Of a stretch of 64,000 nucleotides of DNA, positions 1 to 8,871 are shown in pieces (position 1 is the stretch's first letter; each line of letters opens with the position of its first letter). Position numbers and translations under genes: made by a program. The stretch spans positions 4,512,001-4,576,000 of the forward strand of contig CAVYRF010000002.1 in assembly GCA_963770895.1 (NCBI GenBank), in the 5' to 3' direction. This DNA is from an uncultured Acidobacteriota bacterium (GTDB lineage: Bacteria; Acidobacteriota; Thermoanaerobaculia; Multivoradales; UBA5704). Under the pieces are notes generated by a model that saw nothing but the letters and a program-made list of their open reading frames with translations, was not told where the DNA came from and ran no database searches.

Positions 1-35
1 TAAAGCTGATCTCCGGGGCCTCTTTTCTGGCGCAT
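1..35 (-). CDS. 5' fragment of an unknown gene divergent from lexA (runs off left edge)
   Basis: ATG at 35 (MRQKRGPGDQL...) preceded by GAAAGGAGG Shine-Dalgarno and a sigma70-like promoter; only 11 codons visible. Confidence 0.55.
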   Translation of the reverse strand, partial: MRQKRGPGDQL

Positions 36-63
36 CTCGAGCCTCCTTTCTCCAACTAGCGGC

Positions 64-92
64 AGTCTACTACCTGCCCGCGTCTGCTTCAA
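64..92 (-). promoter_or_regulatory. sigma70-type promoter for leftward gene
   Basis: TTGAAG-N17-TAGACT on minus strand. Confidence 0.55.
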
Positions 93-129
93 GCCAGCAG
101 CGACTCCAAGGCCTGTCGCGAGTCGGGGC

Positions 130-158
130 TTGCATTACGCTGGGTTACCGCCTATGCT
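130..158 (+). promoter_or_regulatory. sigma70-type promoter of lexA (likely leaderless transcript)
   Basis: TTGCAT-N17-TATGCT; ATG follows after a 6-nt gap, no SD. Confidence 0.6.
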
Positions 159-164
159 GTGCCC

Positions 165-812
165 ATGACCTACCTCACCGAGCGCCAGAAAGCGATCCTT
201 GAGTTTGTGCACGAGTACCGGCGGGAGCGGGGCATCGCGCCGACCCATCGCGAAATCTGCGACCGCTTCGGCTACTCCTCCTACGGCACCGTCTACAAAC
301 ACCTCAAGCTGCTGCAAGACAAGGGCTTCCTGCGGCGGGACTGGAACCAGAAGCGCGGCATCGAGCTGATCCGTGCCATTCCGGGCGGGCCCGGCGACGG
401 TCCTCCGGGCAGCGACCACGACCTGCCCTTCTTCGGTCGCATCGCCGCCGGCAGGCCGATCGAAGCGGTCACCGGGAACGAACGGGTGACGGTGCCGGCG
501 CACCTGCTGTCTTCGCGCACCGGCATGCCAGGCGTCCCTTCGGAGCACTACGTCCTGCGCGTGGTCGGCGACTCGATGATCGAAGACGGCATCCACGACG
601 GCGACTTCGTGATCGTCCTGCGGCGAGAAGTGGCCGAGCCAGGCGAAATGGTGGTGGCCCTGGTCGGCGACGAAGCAACCCTCAAGCGCTTCTACCCGGA
701 AGGGGAATTCGTCCGCCTGCAGCCCGCCAATCCCAACATGCAGCCCTTCCGCGTCCCCGCTCGCGACCTCCGCGTCCAGGGAGTCGTCGTCGGCCTGATG
801 CGCAAATTCTGA
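165..812 (+). CDS. lexA: SOS repressor LexA
   Basis: N-terminal wHTH (LTERQKAILEF), Ala-Gly cleavage site GRIAAGRP, catalytic GDSM and ATLKRF, C-terminal QGVVVGLMR. Confidence 0.96.
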   Translation: MTYLTERQKAILEFVHEYRRERGIAPTHREICDRFGYSSYGTVYKHLKLLQDKGFLRRDWNQKRGIELIRAIPGGPGDGPPGSDHDLPFFGRIAAGRPIEAVTGNERVTVPAHLLSSRTGMPGVPSEHYVLRVVGDSMIEDGIHDGDFVIVLRREVAEPGEMVVALVGDEATLKRFYPEGEFVRLQPANPNMQPFRVPARDLRVQGVVVGLMRKF

Positions 813-946
813 CGCCCCGGCGCCGTCGCAACCCCGGCCTGGAATGCCGGCACAGGGGCGTTCACGGCGCGGGCCAGGTGAAGTCAGGAAGGTGCCAGGG
901 CTCCGCGACGTAGGCGGGGTTGCGGCGAGCCAAGTGGGCAGGTAGG

Positions 947-1142
947 CAAAGAGGCGGACCATGTAGTCGGGTAGGCAAGGTCGGCTGCTCAGCAGGCAGG
1001 TAGGCAAATTGACAAGGCGCCCCGGGACCACAAGGCCGGCTGACCAAAGAGGCGGACCATGTAGTCGGGTAGGCAAGGTCGGCTGCTCAGCAGGCAGGTC
1101 GGCAAGTCGACAAGGCGCCCCGGGACCACAAGGCCGGCTAAC
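947..1142. repeat. 98-bp tandem duplication (2 copies) with internal GGTAGGCAA motifs
   Basis: CAAAGAGGCGGACCATGTAGTCGGGTAGGCAAGGTCGGCTGCTCAGCAGGCAGGT... starts at 947 and 1045, few mismatches. Confidence 0.9.
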
Positions 1143-1328
1143 GCGATTTGGGCGCCGCCGCCGACGTCAGGCGAGCGCCCATGGCTCCGTGCGGGAGTCC
1201 GGCGAGATGGTGCAGGTCCGTAGGCCGCCGGTACCAGCGGGCGCCGGGTATGCCGGCCCCACTGGCTTGCGCAGGGCCGGCGGGTACCCGCCAGGTAGAC
1301 GGCGAGCCCTGAGGGCGGCGACTTCCTG

Positions 1329-2663
1329 TCAGGTGAGCTGGCGCAGGGCGTCGGCCAGACGGGGCAGGGCGGCGTCGATGTCGGATTCGCTGGCGGCGCC
1401 GACGCTGAGGCGGAACCAGCCGTCGTCGTGGGGGAAGCCGAAGGCTTGGAAGGGCACGACGCCGATGCCGGAGGCGTCCAGGACGTAGCGTCGCACGTCC
1501 TCGTTGGTGCGCAGCTCGGCGCCTTGCGGCGTGCGCCTGCCGAAGGGCTGGATGCGGGCGGTCAGGTAGATGGCTCCCATGGGCGGGATGCTGTCGACCG
1601 GCAGGCCCGCGGAGCGGAGCGCCTGCATGCCGGCGTGCAGGCGGGACAGGCGCGATTCGATGCCGCGCAGGAATCCCGTCAGGTAGCTGTCCATCGCCGG
1701 TTGATCGTCCAGCAGCTTGATCGTCGCCACCTGTTCGGCGCGCGGCGCCCAGGCTCCCACGTGGCCCAGGACGGCCGACATGCGGGCCATGACGTCGGCG
1801 GGCCCCACGCCCCAGCCGACCCGCAGGCCGGTGGCCGCAAAGCACTTGCTGATGCCGTCGATGAAGATTGTGTAGCGGGCCATCTCGGGAATCAGGGCCG
1901 GCGGCGTGATGTGCTCGGTTTCGCCGAAGCAGAGCTGCCAGTAGATGTGATCGAACATCAGGTAGAGCGGGCGCTGGCCGGTGCGCTCGCGCTGCTCGTT
2001 TTCGCCCAGCACCGCTTCGCAGATCTGCTCCAGCACGTCCGGTTCGAAGGCGGTCCCGGTGGGATTGAGCGGCGAGTTGAGGCACAGCAGGCGCGCCCCG
2101 GCGAGCTGCCCGCGCAGGTCGCCCGCGGTGGGCAGAAAACGCTGCTGCGGGGTGCATTCGACCGGCACGCCGACGCCCTGGACCAGGTGCACGTAATGGT
2201 TGTTGTTCCAGCTGGGGACGGGATAGACGATGCGGTCGCCGGGGTCGCAGAGGGTGCGGAAGGTGCAATAGATCAGCGGCCTGGCGCCGCCGGCTATCAA
2301 CACCGATTCCACCGGATATTGCAGCCCCAGCCGGCGGGCGTAGAAGCGCAGCACCGCCTGGCGCAGCTCGGGCATGCCGGTGGCCGGCGGATAGTTGGTT
2401 TCGCCCTGTTCCAGGGCGCTGGTGACGGCCGCGCACAACCGCTCGGGAATCGGGAACTGGCGCGGATCGAAGTCGCCCACCGTCAGGTCGCAGATGGTGC
2501 GCCCGGCGGCCCGCAGGGTGCGCATCTCGGCAGCGATCTTGAGGATCTCGGAGCCGATCAGACTGGCGGCGGATGCCGAGATCCGGCTGCGGGGGTTCGC
2601 GCCCGCTTCGCGGGCCAGGACGGTCAGGTCGGCAGTCCCGGTCTCTACTCGCTGGGTGGCCAT
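1329..2663 (-). CDS. PLP-dependent class I/II aminotransferase (aspartate aminotransferase-like)
   Basis: NSPLNPTG, DHIY, GISKCFAATGLRVGW (PLP lysine), WFRLS; start MATQRVE chosen at 2663. Confidence 0.9.
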   Translation of the reverse strand: MATQRVETGTADLTVLAREAGANPRSRISASAASLIGSEILKIAAEMRTLRAAGRTICDLTVGDFDPRQFPIPERLCAAVTSALEQGETNYPPATGMPELRQAVLRFYARRLGLQYPVESVLIAGGARPLIYCTFRTLCDPGDRIVYPVPSWNNNHYVHLVQGVGVPVECTPQQRFLPTAGDLRGQLAGARLLCLNSPLNPTGTAFEPDVLEQICEAVLGENEQRERTGQRPLYLMFDHIYWQLCFGETEHITPPALIPEMARYTIFIDGISKCFAATGLRVGWGVGPADVMARMSAVLGHVGAWAPRAEQVATIKLLDDQPAMDSYLTGFLRGIESRLSRLHAGMQALRSAGLPVDSIPPMGAIYLTARIQPFGRRTPQGAELRTNEDVRRYVLDASGIGVVPFQAFGFPHDDGWFRLSVGAASESDIDAALPRLADALRQLT

Positions 2664-2728
2664 GTTTGAACTATGCCATAAAGTGCAGCCGGTTGTCGGA
2701 GCGCCGCGGACCCCCGCCCGCCGGCGGC

Positions 2729-2805
2729 GGCTTCCCACCTGGGAAGCCTTCGATGGACAAGCGCCGCGGATCGCGGTCCTGGCGCTGGCTTCCCACCTGG
2801 GAAGC
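2729..2805. repeat. two copies of palindrome GCTTCCCA-CC-TGGGAAGC
   Basis: copies at 2729-2748 and 2787-2805, each preceded by GCGCCGCGGA (2701, 2761). Confidence 0.8.
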
Positions 2806-2978
2806 GTCTGGGGGGCCGGGACGTGTTGCTGCTGTGGCTGCCGTCCAGGGGTCCCCGTCGGAAGCTTTGGCGGGCGACGGCGCCGCGCCTGCGTGTGTCT
2901 CGGCCCTTCCTTCTCTCAGGTGTCGCCAGCGATCGTTTTCGCTACCGATCCCGGTGGGGGCGGCGGGCGGCCAGGGTC

Positions 2979-3530
2979 TTAGAGCGGCAAGGCGAGCTGC
3001 TGGCGCGCCGCGACGCGCGCGGCCGGGACCACGCCTTCCAGGCCGAGCAGGTAGCGCTTGAGGTCCAGGCCGCCGCCGTAGCCGGTGAGCGATCCATCCG
3101 AGCCGATGACGCGGTGGCAGGGGATGACGATCGGAATCGGGTTGCGGCCGTTGGCCCGGCCGACCGCGCGGCAGGCGTCGGGCCGGCCGATGGTGCGGGC
3201 GATCTCGGCGTAGGAGCGGGTTTCGCCGTAGGGAATCGCCACCAGCGCATCCCACACGCTGCGCTCGAACAGGGTGCCGCGTGGGGCAAGGGGCAGCTCG
3301 AACGCGCGCAGCCGTCCGGCAAAGTAGGCCGCAACCTGGCGCCGCACCTCGGGCAGCGGCGCCAATTGGGGACGGTGCGCCGCTCCCTCGGGCACCGCCG
3401 CCAGCGCGGCTGCCGCATCGCGGTAGAAGGTGAGCTCCACCAGCGCGCCATCGTCCGCCACGGCCAGCAGCATGCGGTTGCCGTATCCGTCGTCCAACGG
3501 CATGGCAACCAGGTCGTATCCCAAGCTCAT
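2979..3530 (-). CDS. ogt: methylated-DNA--protein-cysteine S-methyltransferase
   Basis: IPYGETRSY, RAVGRANGRNP, IPCHRVIG active site, GYGGGL. Confidence 0.95.
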   Translation of the reverse strand: MSLGYDLVAMPLDDGYGNRMLLAVADDGALVELTFYRDAAAALAAVPEGAAHRPQLAPLPEVRRQVAAYFAGRLRAFELPLAPRGTLFERSVWDALVAIPYGETRSYAEIARTIGRPDACRAVGRANGRNPIPIVIPCHRVIGSDGSLTGYGGGLDLKRYLLGLEGVVPAARVAARQQLALPL

Positions 3531-3741
3531 CCTGCACGCCTCCCGCGGATCGCCCTCCGCAGGTCCATGCTAGTGCCCCGCACCCGCAAAATCCAGGTTG
3601 CCTGCCTTTCCTCGCCTGCTGCCTTGCCGGCAAAGGGCGCCCGGTCGAGGCGCTGAGATGAGAAATCGCGTTCGGCGGCCGTCCAACGGGTAAAGGTGGG
3701 GCGCGCGCCTGACTCGGCGCGGGCCCGTATGGAGGTGCTCC

Positions 3742-4311
3742 ATGGACGCTCGCGCCGGGCTCAAGGCTGTCTGCCTGTGTTCGCTGTCTGTTCTGGGTTC
3801 GTCCGCCGCGTGGGGCGCCGGCGCGATACTGCCTCAATACCATCCATCCGAGATCCACTTCGGGACGCACGACCTCGGCACCGTGACCACGCCGGTCCAG
3901 GTGAGGATCGACAACCCGGAGCCCCTCCAGCGCGAATTCGGGCGAGGGCGCAACGCTCAGGACTGCCGCGAAGCGCTCTTTTTCGATCCAGCTGACCGGC
4001 ACAGGCCATAAACCCGAGCTCGGCGTCTCACCGCCTCACCTCTGGTTTCCCTGCCGGAGTGCCACCGAGCCCGGCGCGGCGCAGACGCTGGTCCTCCGCA
4101 ACGACCGCGCCACCAGCCTGTCCATCGACGACGTGATCGTCGTCGGCGACTATGCCGTCTCGGCGCCGAAGCTGCCGCGCGCGTTGGACCCCGGCTCGAC
4201 CGTGGTCCTGCCGGTGCGGCGCAGAAGGCGACCGCCTCCGGCACCTTCACGCTGATCGTTAATGCTGCCGCGGCGGCGCCGGCAGTCGAGCAGAATCCCG
4301 ACAAGCGGTGA
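3742..4311 (+). pseudogene. frameshifted/deleted secreted protein with ASH (choice-of-anchor D)-like Ig domains
   Basis: signal peptide + PSEIHFG..VQVRIDN in frame 1; continues in frame 2 as SFSIQLTGTG..VSPPHLWF..QTLVLRND..LDPGSTVVLPV; ends in frame 1 as ATASGTFTLIV..stop 4311. Confidence 0.6.
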
Positions 4312-4488
4312 CCGGACGGTCCGCCGCGCAGGCTTGCCCGGCCGGTCCTTGCCGGCCTGGCCGGCGGCGATGGCGCCGCCAGGGCGCAGGCGCGGGCGGG
4401 TCGTATATGCTGGCGCGGCGTTCGCGGCGCGCGCCCGCGGATGGTGCGCCGCGCGCCGCGGCGGTTTGCTCAGGGAGGCTGGAACGGG

Positions 4489-6162
4489 ATGGCTTCGGAC
4501 ATCGAAATCGCACAGCAGGCGAAGCTTTTGCGCATCGCGGACGTGGCCCGCGACAGGCTGGGGATTGCCGAGGAGCACCTGGAACCGTACGGGCATTTCA
4601 AGGCCAAGCTGTCGCTCGACGCCATCGAGGGCTTGCGGGAGCGGCCCGACGGCAAGCTGGTGCTGGTCACCGCGATGACGCCGACGCCGGCGGGGGAGGG
4701 CAAGACCACGACCACCATCGGCCTGGGCGACGCGCTCCACCAGATCGGCAAGCGGGCGCTGATCTGCGTGCGGGAACCGTCGCTGGGGCCGGTGTTCGGC
4801 ATGAAGGGCGGCGCGGCGGGCGGCGGCCGGGCGCAGGTGGTGCCGATGGAGGACATCAACCTGCACTTCACCGGCGATTTCAATGCGATCGCGCTGGCCA
4901 ACAACCTGCTGGCGGCGATGCTGGACAATCACCTGCACTTCGGCAACGCCCTGGGCGTCGATCCGCGGCGGATCGGCTGGCGGCGGGTGATGGACATGAA
5001 CGACCGCGCGCTGCGCGAGATGGTGATCGGCCTGGGCGGGGTCGCCAACGGCTATCCGCGCCAGGACGGCTTCGACATCGTCGCCGCCTCCCAGGTGATG
5101 GCCGTCCTGTGCCTGGCGACCTCGCTTGCCGATCTCAAGGAGCGGTTGGGCAATCTCGTCGTCGGCACGACGCGCGAGCGCCGGCCGGTGCGGGCGCGCG
5201 ACCTGGCGGCGCACGGCGCGATGACCGCGCTGTTGCGCGACGCGATCAAGCCGAACCTGGTGCAGACGCTGGAAAACAACCCGGTCTTCATCCACGGCGG
5301 CCCGTTTGCCAACATCGCGCACGGCTGCAACTCGGTGATCGCCACCCGCGCGGCGCTCAAGCTTGCCGACTACGTGGTCACCGAAGCCGGTTTCGGCGCC
5401 GACCTGGGCGCCGAAAAGTTCGTCGACATCAAGTGCCGCAAGGCAGGCCTGAAGCCGGCCGCGGCGGTGGTCGTCGCCACCGTGCGGGCGCTCAAGTATC
5501 ACGGCGGCGTGGAGCTGCCGGACCTGCAACGCGAAGACCTGGCGGCGCTCGCCAAGGGCATGGCCAACCTGGAGCGCCACCTCGACAACGTCAGCGGTCA
5601 CTTCGGTCTGCCCTGCGTCGTGGCGATCAATCGCTTTACCTCGGACACGGCGCAGGAGCTGGCGTTGATCGAATCGCAGCTGGCCCAACGGTCGGTCTCC
5701 GCCGTCGTCGCCGACCATTGGGCGCACGGCGGCAAGGGCGCCGTCGATCTGGCGCACCGGGTCGTCGAGCTGTGCGAGCGGCCGGGTACCGTGCGGTTTG
5801 TCTACGAAGACAGCGACACCCTGTGGGAAAAGGTCGAGAAAGTCGCGACCAACATCTACGGCGCCGCGCACGTCACCGCCGAAGCCAAGGTGCGCGAGCA
5901 GATCACGCGCCTGCAGGACGACGGCTACGGCAGGTTTCCCATCTGCGTCGCCAAGACCCAATATTCGTTCTCAACCGATCCGCGCCGCCGCGGCGCCCCG
6001 TCCGGTCACACCCTCGACATCCGCGAAGTCCGCCTGTCCGCCGGCGCCGAATTCGTCGTCCTGCTCTGCGGCGACATCATGACCATGCCGGGCCTGCCGC
6101 GCGTCCCGGCAGCCCAGTCGATCGACGTCCTCGACGACGGCCGCGTCACCGGACTGTTTTAG
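4489..6162 (+). CDS. fhs: formate--tetrahydrofolate ligase
   Basis: [65 protein letters not shown]. Confidence 0.98.
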   Translation: MASDIEIAQQAKLLRIADVARDRLGIAEEHLEPYGHFKAKLSLDAIEGLRERPDGKLVLVTAMTPTPAGEGKTTTTIGLGDALHQIGKRALICVREPSLGPVFGMKGGAAGGGRAQVVPMEDINLHFTGDFNAIALANNLLAAMLDNHLHFGNALGVDPRRIGWRRVMDMNDRALREMVIGLGGVANGYPRQDGFDIVAASQVMAVLCLATSLADLKERLGNLVVGTTRERRPVRARDLAAHGAMTALLRDAIKPNLVQTLENNPVFIHGGPFANIAHGCNSVIATRAALKLADYVVTEAGFGADLGAEKFVDIKCRKAGLKPAAAVVVATVRALKYHGGVELPDLQREDLAALAKGMANLERHLDNVSGHFGLPCVVAINRFTSDTAQELALIESQLAQRSVSAVVADHWAHGGKGAVDLAHRVVELCERPGTVRFVYEDSDTLWEKVEKVATNIYGAAHVTAEAKVREQITRLQDDGYGRFPICVAKTQYSFSTDPRRRGAPSGHTLDIREVRLSAGAEFVVLLCGDIMTMPGLPRVPAAQSIDVLDDGRVTGLF

Positions 6163-6228
6163 TCGCAGGATCGTCACCTGGTCGCCAGCCACTGCGAATT
6201 TCACTGGTTCAGGCCGCTGGCGCCAGCT

Positions 6229-7116
6229 CTACGCGACGGGGCGCGCTGCCCGCTCGGTGGCCTCGACGGTGTGGGTGAGGAGGGTGGCGATGGTGATCGG
6301 GCCGACGCCGCCCGGCACCGGCGTGTAGGCGGCGCAGCGGTCGGCCGCGCCTGCCAGGTCGATGTCGCCGACGCCGATGCCGGCGCCCATGCCACCGCCG
6401 CCGGGCTGGGGGTGGTAGCCGGCGTCGACGACCACGGCGCCGTCGCCGATCCAGGCGCCCTGTACGCAGTGGGGGATGCCTGCCGCTCCGACGACGATCT
6501 GCGCCTGGTGCACCAGGTCGCGCAGGTCGCGGGCGGCGGGATCGCAGAGCGTGACCGTGGCGTCGGCGGCCAGCAGCATCAGGCCCATCGGCCTGGCCAG
6601 GATGGTGTTGTTGCCGACGACCACCGCCAGCCTGCCGGCGACCTCGATGCCGTGGTGGGAGAGCAGGCGCAGGATGGCCGCCGGCGTCGCCGATGGAAAG
6701 GCATCCGCCCGTCCCACCGCTCGCCAGCCCAGCCCCAGGCAGGTGTCGCCGCCGACGTCCTTGGCAAGGGCGATGCGGTCGAAGCAGCGGCGCTGGTCGG
6801 CGCGGCCGGCCACCGGGTGCTGCAGGAAGATCCCCTGCACGCCATCGTCGTCGTTCAAGCGGTCGATCGCGGCCACCACCTCCGCGGTGCCGGCGTCCGC
6901 CGCAAAGCGCAGCTGGAGCGCGGCGATGCCGACCCTGCGACAGGCGCTCTCCTTCATCCGCGCGTAGGTTTCCGCGGCGCCGTCGGCGCCGACCAGGACG
7001 ATCGCCAGCCGCGGCGCCCGGCCGCCCGCCGCCGCGGTCACTGTTGCGACCCGGCGGGCCAGCGGCGCTTCCAGCTCCCGCGCCAGACTCCTGCCGTCCA
7101 GGACCAATGCCGCCAT
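6229..7116 (-). CDS. folD: FolD-family methylene-THF dehydrogenase/cyclohydrolase (divergent)
   Basis: YARMK, GIFLQHPV, SATPAAI, VVVDAG, TPVPGGVGP; GGAGG SD before ATG 7116; KDVDG and GRS motifs altered. Confidence 0.85.
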   Translation of the reverse strand: MAALVLDGRSLARELEAPLARRVATVTAAAGGRAPRLAIVLVGADGAAETYARMKESACRRVGIAALQLRFAADAGTAEVVAAIDRLNDDDGVQGIFLQHPVAGRADQRRCFDRIALAKDVGGDTCLGLGWRAVGRADAFPSATPAAILRLLSHHGIEVAGRLAVVVGNNTILARPMGLMLLAADATVTLCDPAARDLRDLVHQAQIVVGAAGIPHCVQGAWIGDGAVVVDAGYHPQPGGGGMGAGIGVGDIDLAGAADRCAAYTPVPGGVGPITIATLLTHTVEATERAARPVA

Positions 7117-7240
7117 CGTGCCTCCCCGCCGCCGCCGGGTTTGCGGCGGCTGGCTCCCGATCATGCCCCGAAACGACGCATGCAGTGGTCGGGCGCGCTG
7201 TCCGGCTCGGCCTTGCCCTCATCCTATGACGCGATGTCTG

Positions 7241-7407
7241 CTAGTGTCCCGAGTCAGAAATTCGCGGCATAAGTCGGCGAGTCGTCCGCGCTCCTGGCCA
7301 GGCGCGCCGCCGCAGGCATAGTCGAACCTATGTCGAGGAGGCGCAACGCCGCCAGGGGCGTGGAGGGCCGCCGAATGATGGTGTGAATTTATGACTCGGG
7401 GCACTAG
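7241..7407. mobile_element. 167-bp palindromic MITE/REP-like element bounded by CTAG
   Basis: terminal inverted repeats CTAGTGTCCCGAGTCAGAAATTC / GAATTTATGACTCGGGGCACTAG with nested inner inverted repeats. Confidence 0.75.
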
Positions 7408-7526
7408 CCTCCGCCGCGGACGATGGGCCGGACCCCCGGTCCTGTGCCTGGACTTGGCCCGGAGCTGGGCTTGGAGGCACCGGGACTCGAACTCGAACCT
7501 GGCGGCAGGCGTTGGTGAGAATGACG

Positions 7527-8825
7527 ATGCGTGATGGGACCCCGGCAGAACCTGTGGCGATACCGGCTCCCAGACCGGCTGCGATATCGGCTCCCGCCCC
7601 GGCCGCGATGCCGCCTGCCGTGCCGGCGGCGGTCGCTCCGGCGGTGCCGCGGCCGGCGGGGATCGATCGCGGGCTGGTGTGGGTGATGGCGGTGGGTTGC
7701 GGTGTGGCGGTGGCCAACCTGTATTACATCCAGCCGTTGCTGGCCGAAGTCGGGCGGGCGCTGGCGGTGGATGCGCGGCACATGGGCGGGGTGGCGGCGG
7801 CGTCGCAGATCGGCGTGGCGGTGGGGATGTTTCTGTTCGTGCCGCTGGGGGACATGTTCGAGCGGCGGCGGCTGGTGGTGACGGTCAGCTGCCTGGCGGC
7901 TCTGGCGACCGCGGGGATGGCCGCGGCGCAGGGGCCGCGGACGCTGCTGGCGGCGAGCCTGACGGTCGGGCTGGCGGGGATCGTGCCGCACCTGCTCATC
8001 CCGTTCGCGGCTCGGCTGGCGGCGCCGGCCGAGCGCGGGCGCATCGTCGGCCAGCTGCTGGCGGGCCTGTTGACCGGGGTGCTGCTGGCGCGGACGGTGA
8101 GCGGCCTGATCGCCCAGGCCTTTGGCTGGCGGGCGGTGTATGTGTTTGCCAGCGGCGCGATGGTCGCTGTCGGCCTGGCGCTGGGCCGGCGGCTGCCGGT
8201 GAGCCCGCCGGTGGCGGACCTGTCGTACCCGGACCTGCTGCGTTCGCTGGTCCGCCTGGTGCGCGAACAGCCGCAGCTGCGCGAGGCGGCGCTGACCGGC
8301 GCCATGCTGTTCGGTGCCTTCAGCGTGTTCTGGTCGACGCTGGTGTTCCGGCTGGGCGCGCCGCCTTTTCACTACGGCAGCCGCGAGGCGGGCCTGTTCG
8401 GGCTGGTCGGGGTGATGGGGGCGGCGGCGGCGCCGCTCGCCGGCCGGCTGGCGGACCGCGCGAGCCCGCGCCTCACCGTCGGCCTGGGCATCGCCGTCGC
8501 CGTCGCGAGCTTCGCGGTGTTCTGGCAGCTGGGCGCGAGCCTCTGGGGGATCGGCGCCGGTGTCATCCTGCTGGACCTGGGGGTGCAGGGAGGCCACGTC
8601 GCCAACCAGACCCGCATCTACACGCTGGTGCCCGACGCCGGCAGCCGCCTGAATACCGTCTACATGGTGTCGTACTTTGTCGGCGGCGCCTGCGGCTCGG
8701 CGCTCGGCACCTACGGTTGGAGCGTCGGCGGGTGGCGCGGCGCCTGCGCCGCCGGCGCCGGCCTGCTGGCGGTGGCGCTGGCGGTCCAGGCGGCCAGCGC
8801 GCTGCGCGCCCGGCGGGCTGAGTAG
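7527..8825 (+). CDS. MFS transporter (YnfM-like); start uncertain (7512-7608)
   Basis: ANLYYIQPLL, PLGDMFERRR, GRLADR, about 12 hydrophobic segments. Confidence 0.9.
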   Translation: MRDGTPAEPVAIPAPRPAAISAPAPAAMPPAVPAAVAPAVPRPAGIDRGLVWVMAVGCGVAVANLYYIQPLLAEVGRALAVDARHMGGVAAASQIGVAVGMFLFVPLGDMFERRRLVVTVSCLAALATAGMAAAQGPRTLLAASLTVGLAGIVPHLLIPFAARLAAPAERGRIVGQLLAGLLTGVLLARTVSGLIAQAFGWRAVYVFASGAMVAVGLALGRRLPVSPPVADLSYPDLLRSLVRLVREQPQLREAALTGAMLFGAFSVFWSTLVFRLGAPPFHYGSREAGLFGLVGVMGAAAAPLAGRLADRASPRLTVGLGIAVAVASFAVFWQLGASLWGIGAGVILLDLGVQGGHVANQTRIYTLVPDAGSRLNTVYMVSYFVGGACGSALGTYGWSVGGWRGACAAGAGLLAVALAVQAASALRARRAE

Positions 8826-8871
8826 GCGGGCAGCCTGGGGTCTTGTAGAATGAAGCGCGATTGAACCGACC

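Noticed and set aside
947-1142. Possible CRISPR array
   Set aside because: Whole unit is duplicated with no unique spacers, and no cas genes in the window
4311-4488. ZTP or THF riboswitch upstream of fhs (also checked upstream of folD)
   Set aside because: No recognisable conserved riboswitch motifs by eye; an Infernal scan would be needed to exclude it
4489-7116. fhs/folD plus CODH as a Wood-Ljungdahl pathway
   Set aside because: The CODH is the aerobic Mo-Cu type; no ACS, CoFeSP, methyltransferase or MetF in the window
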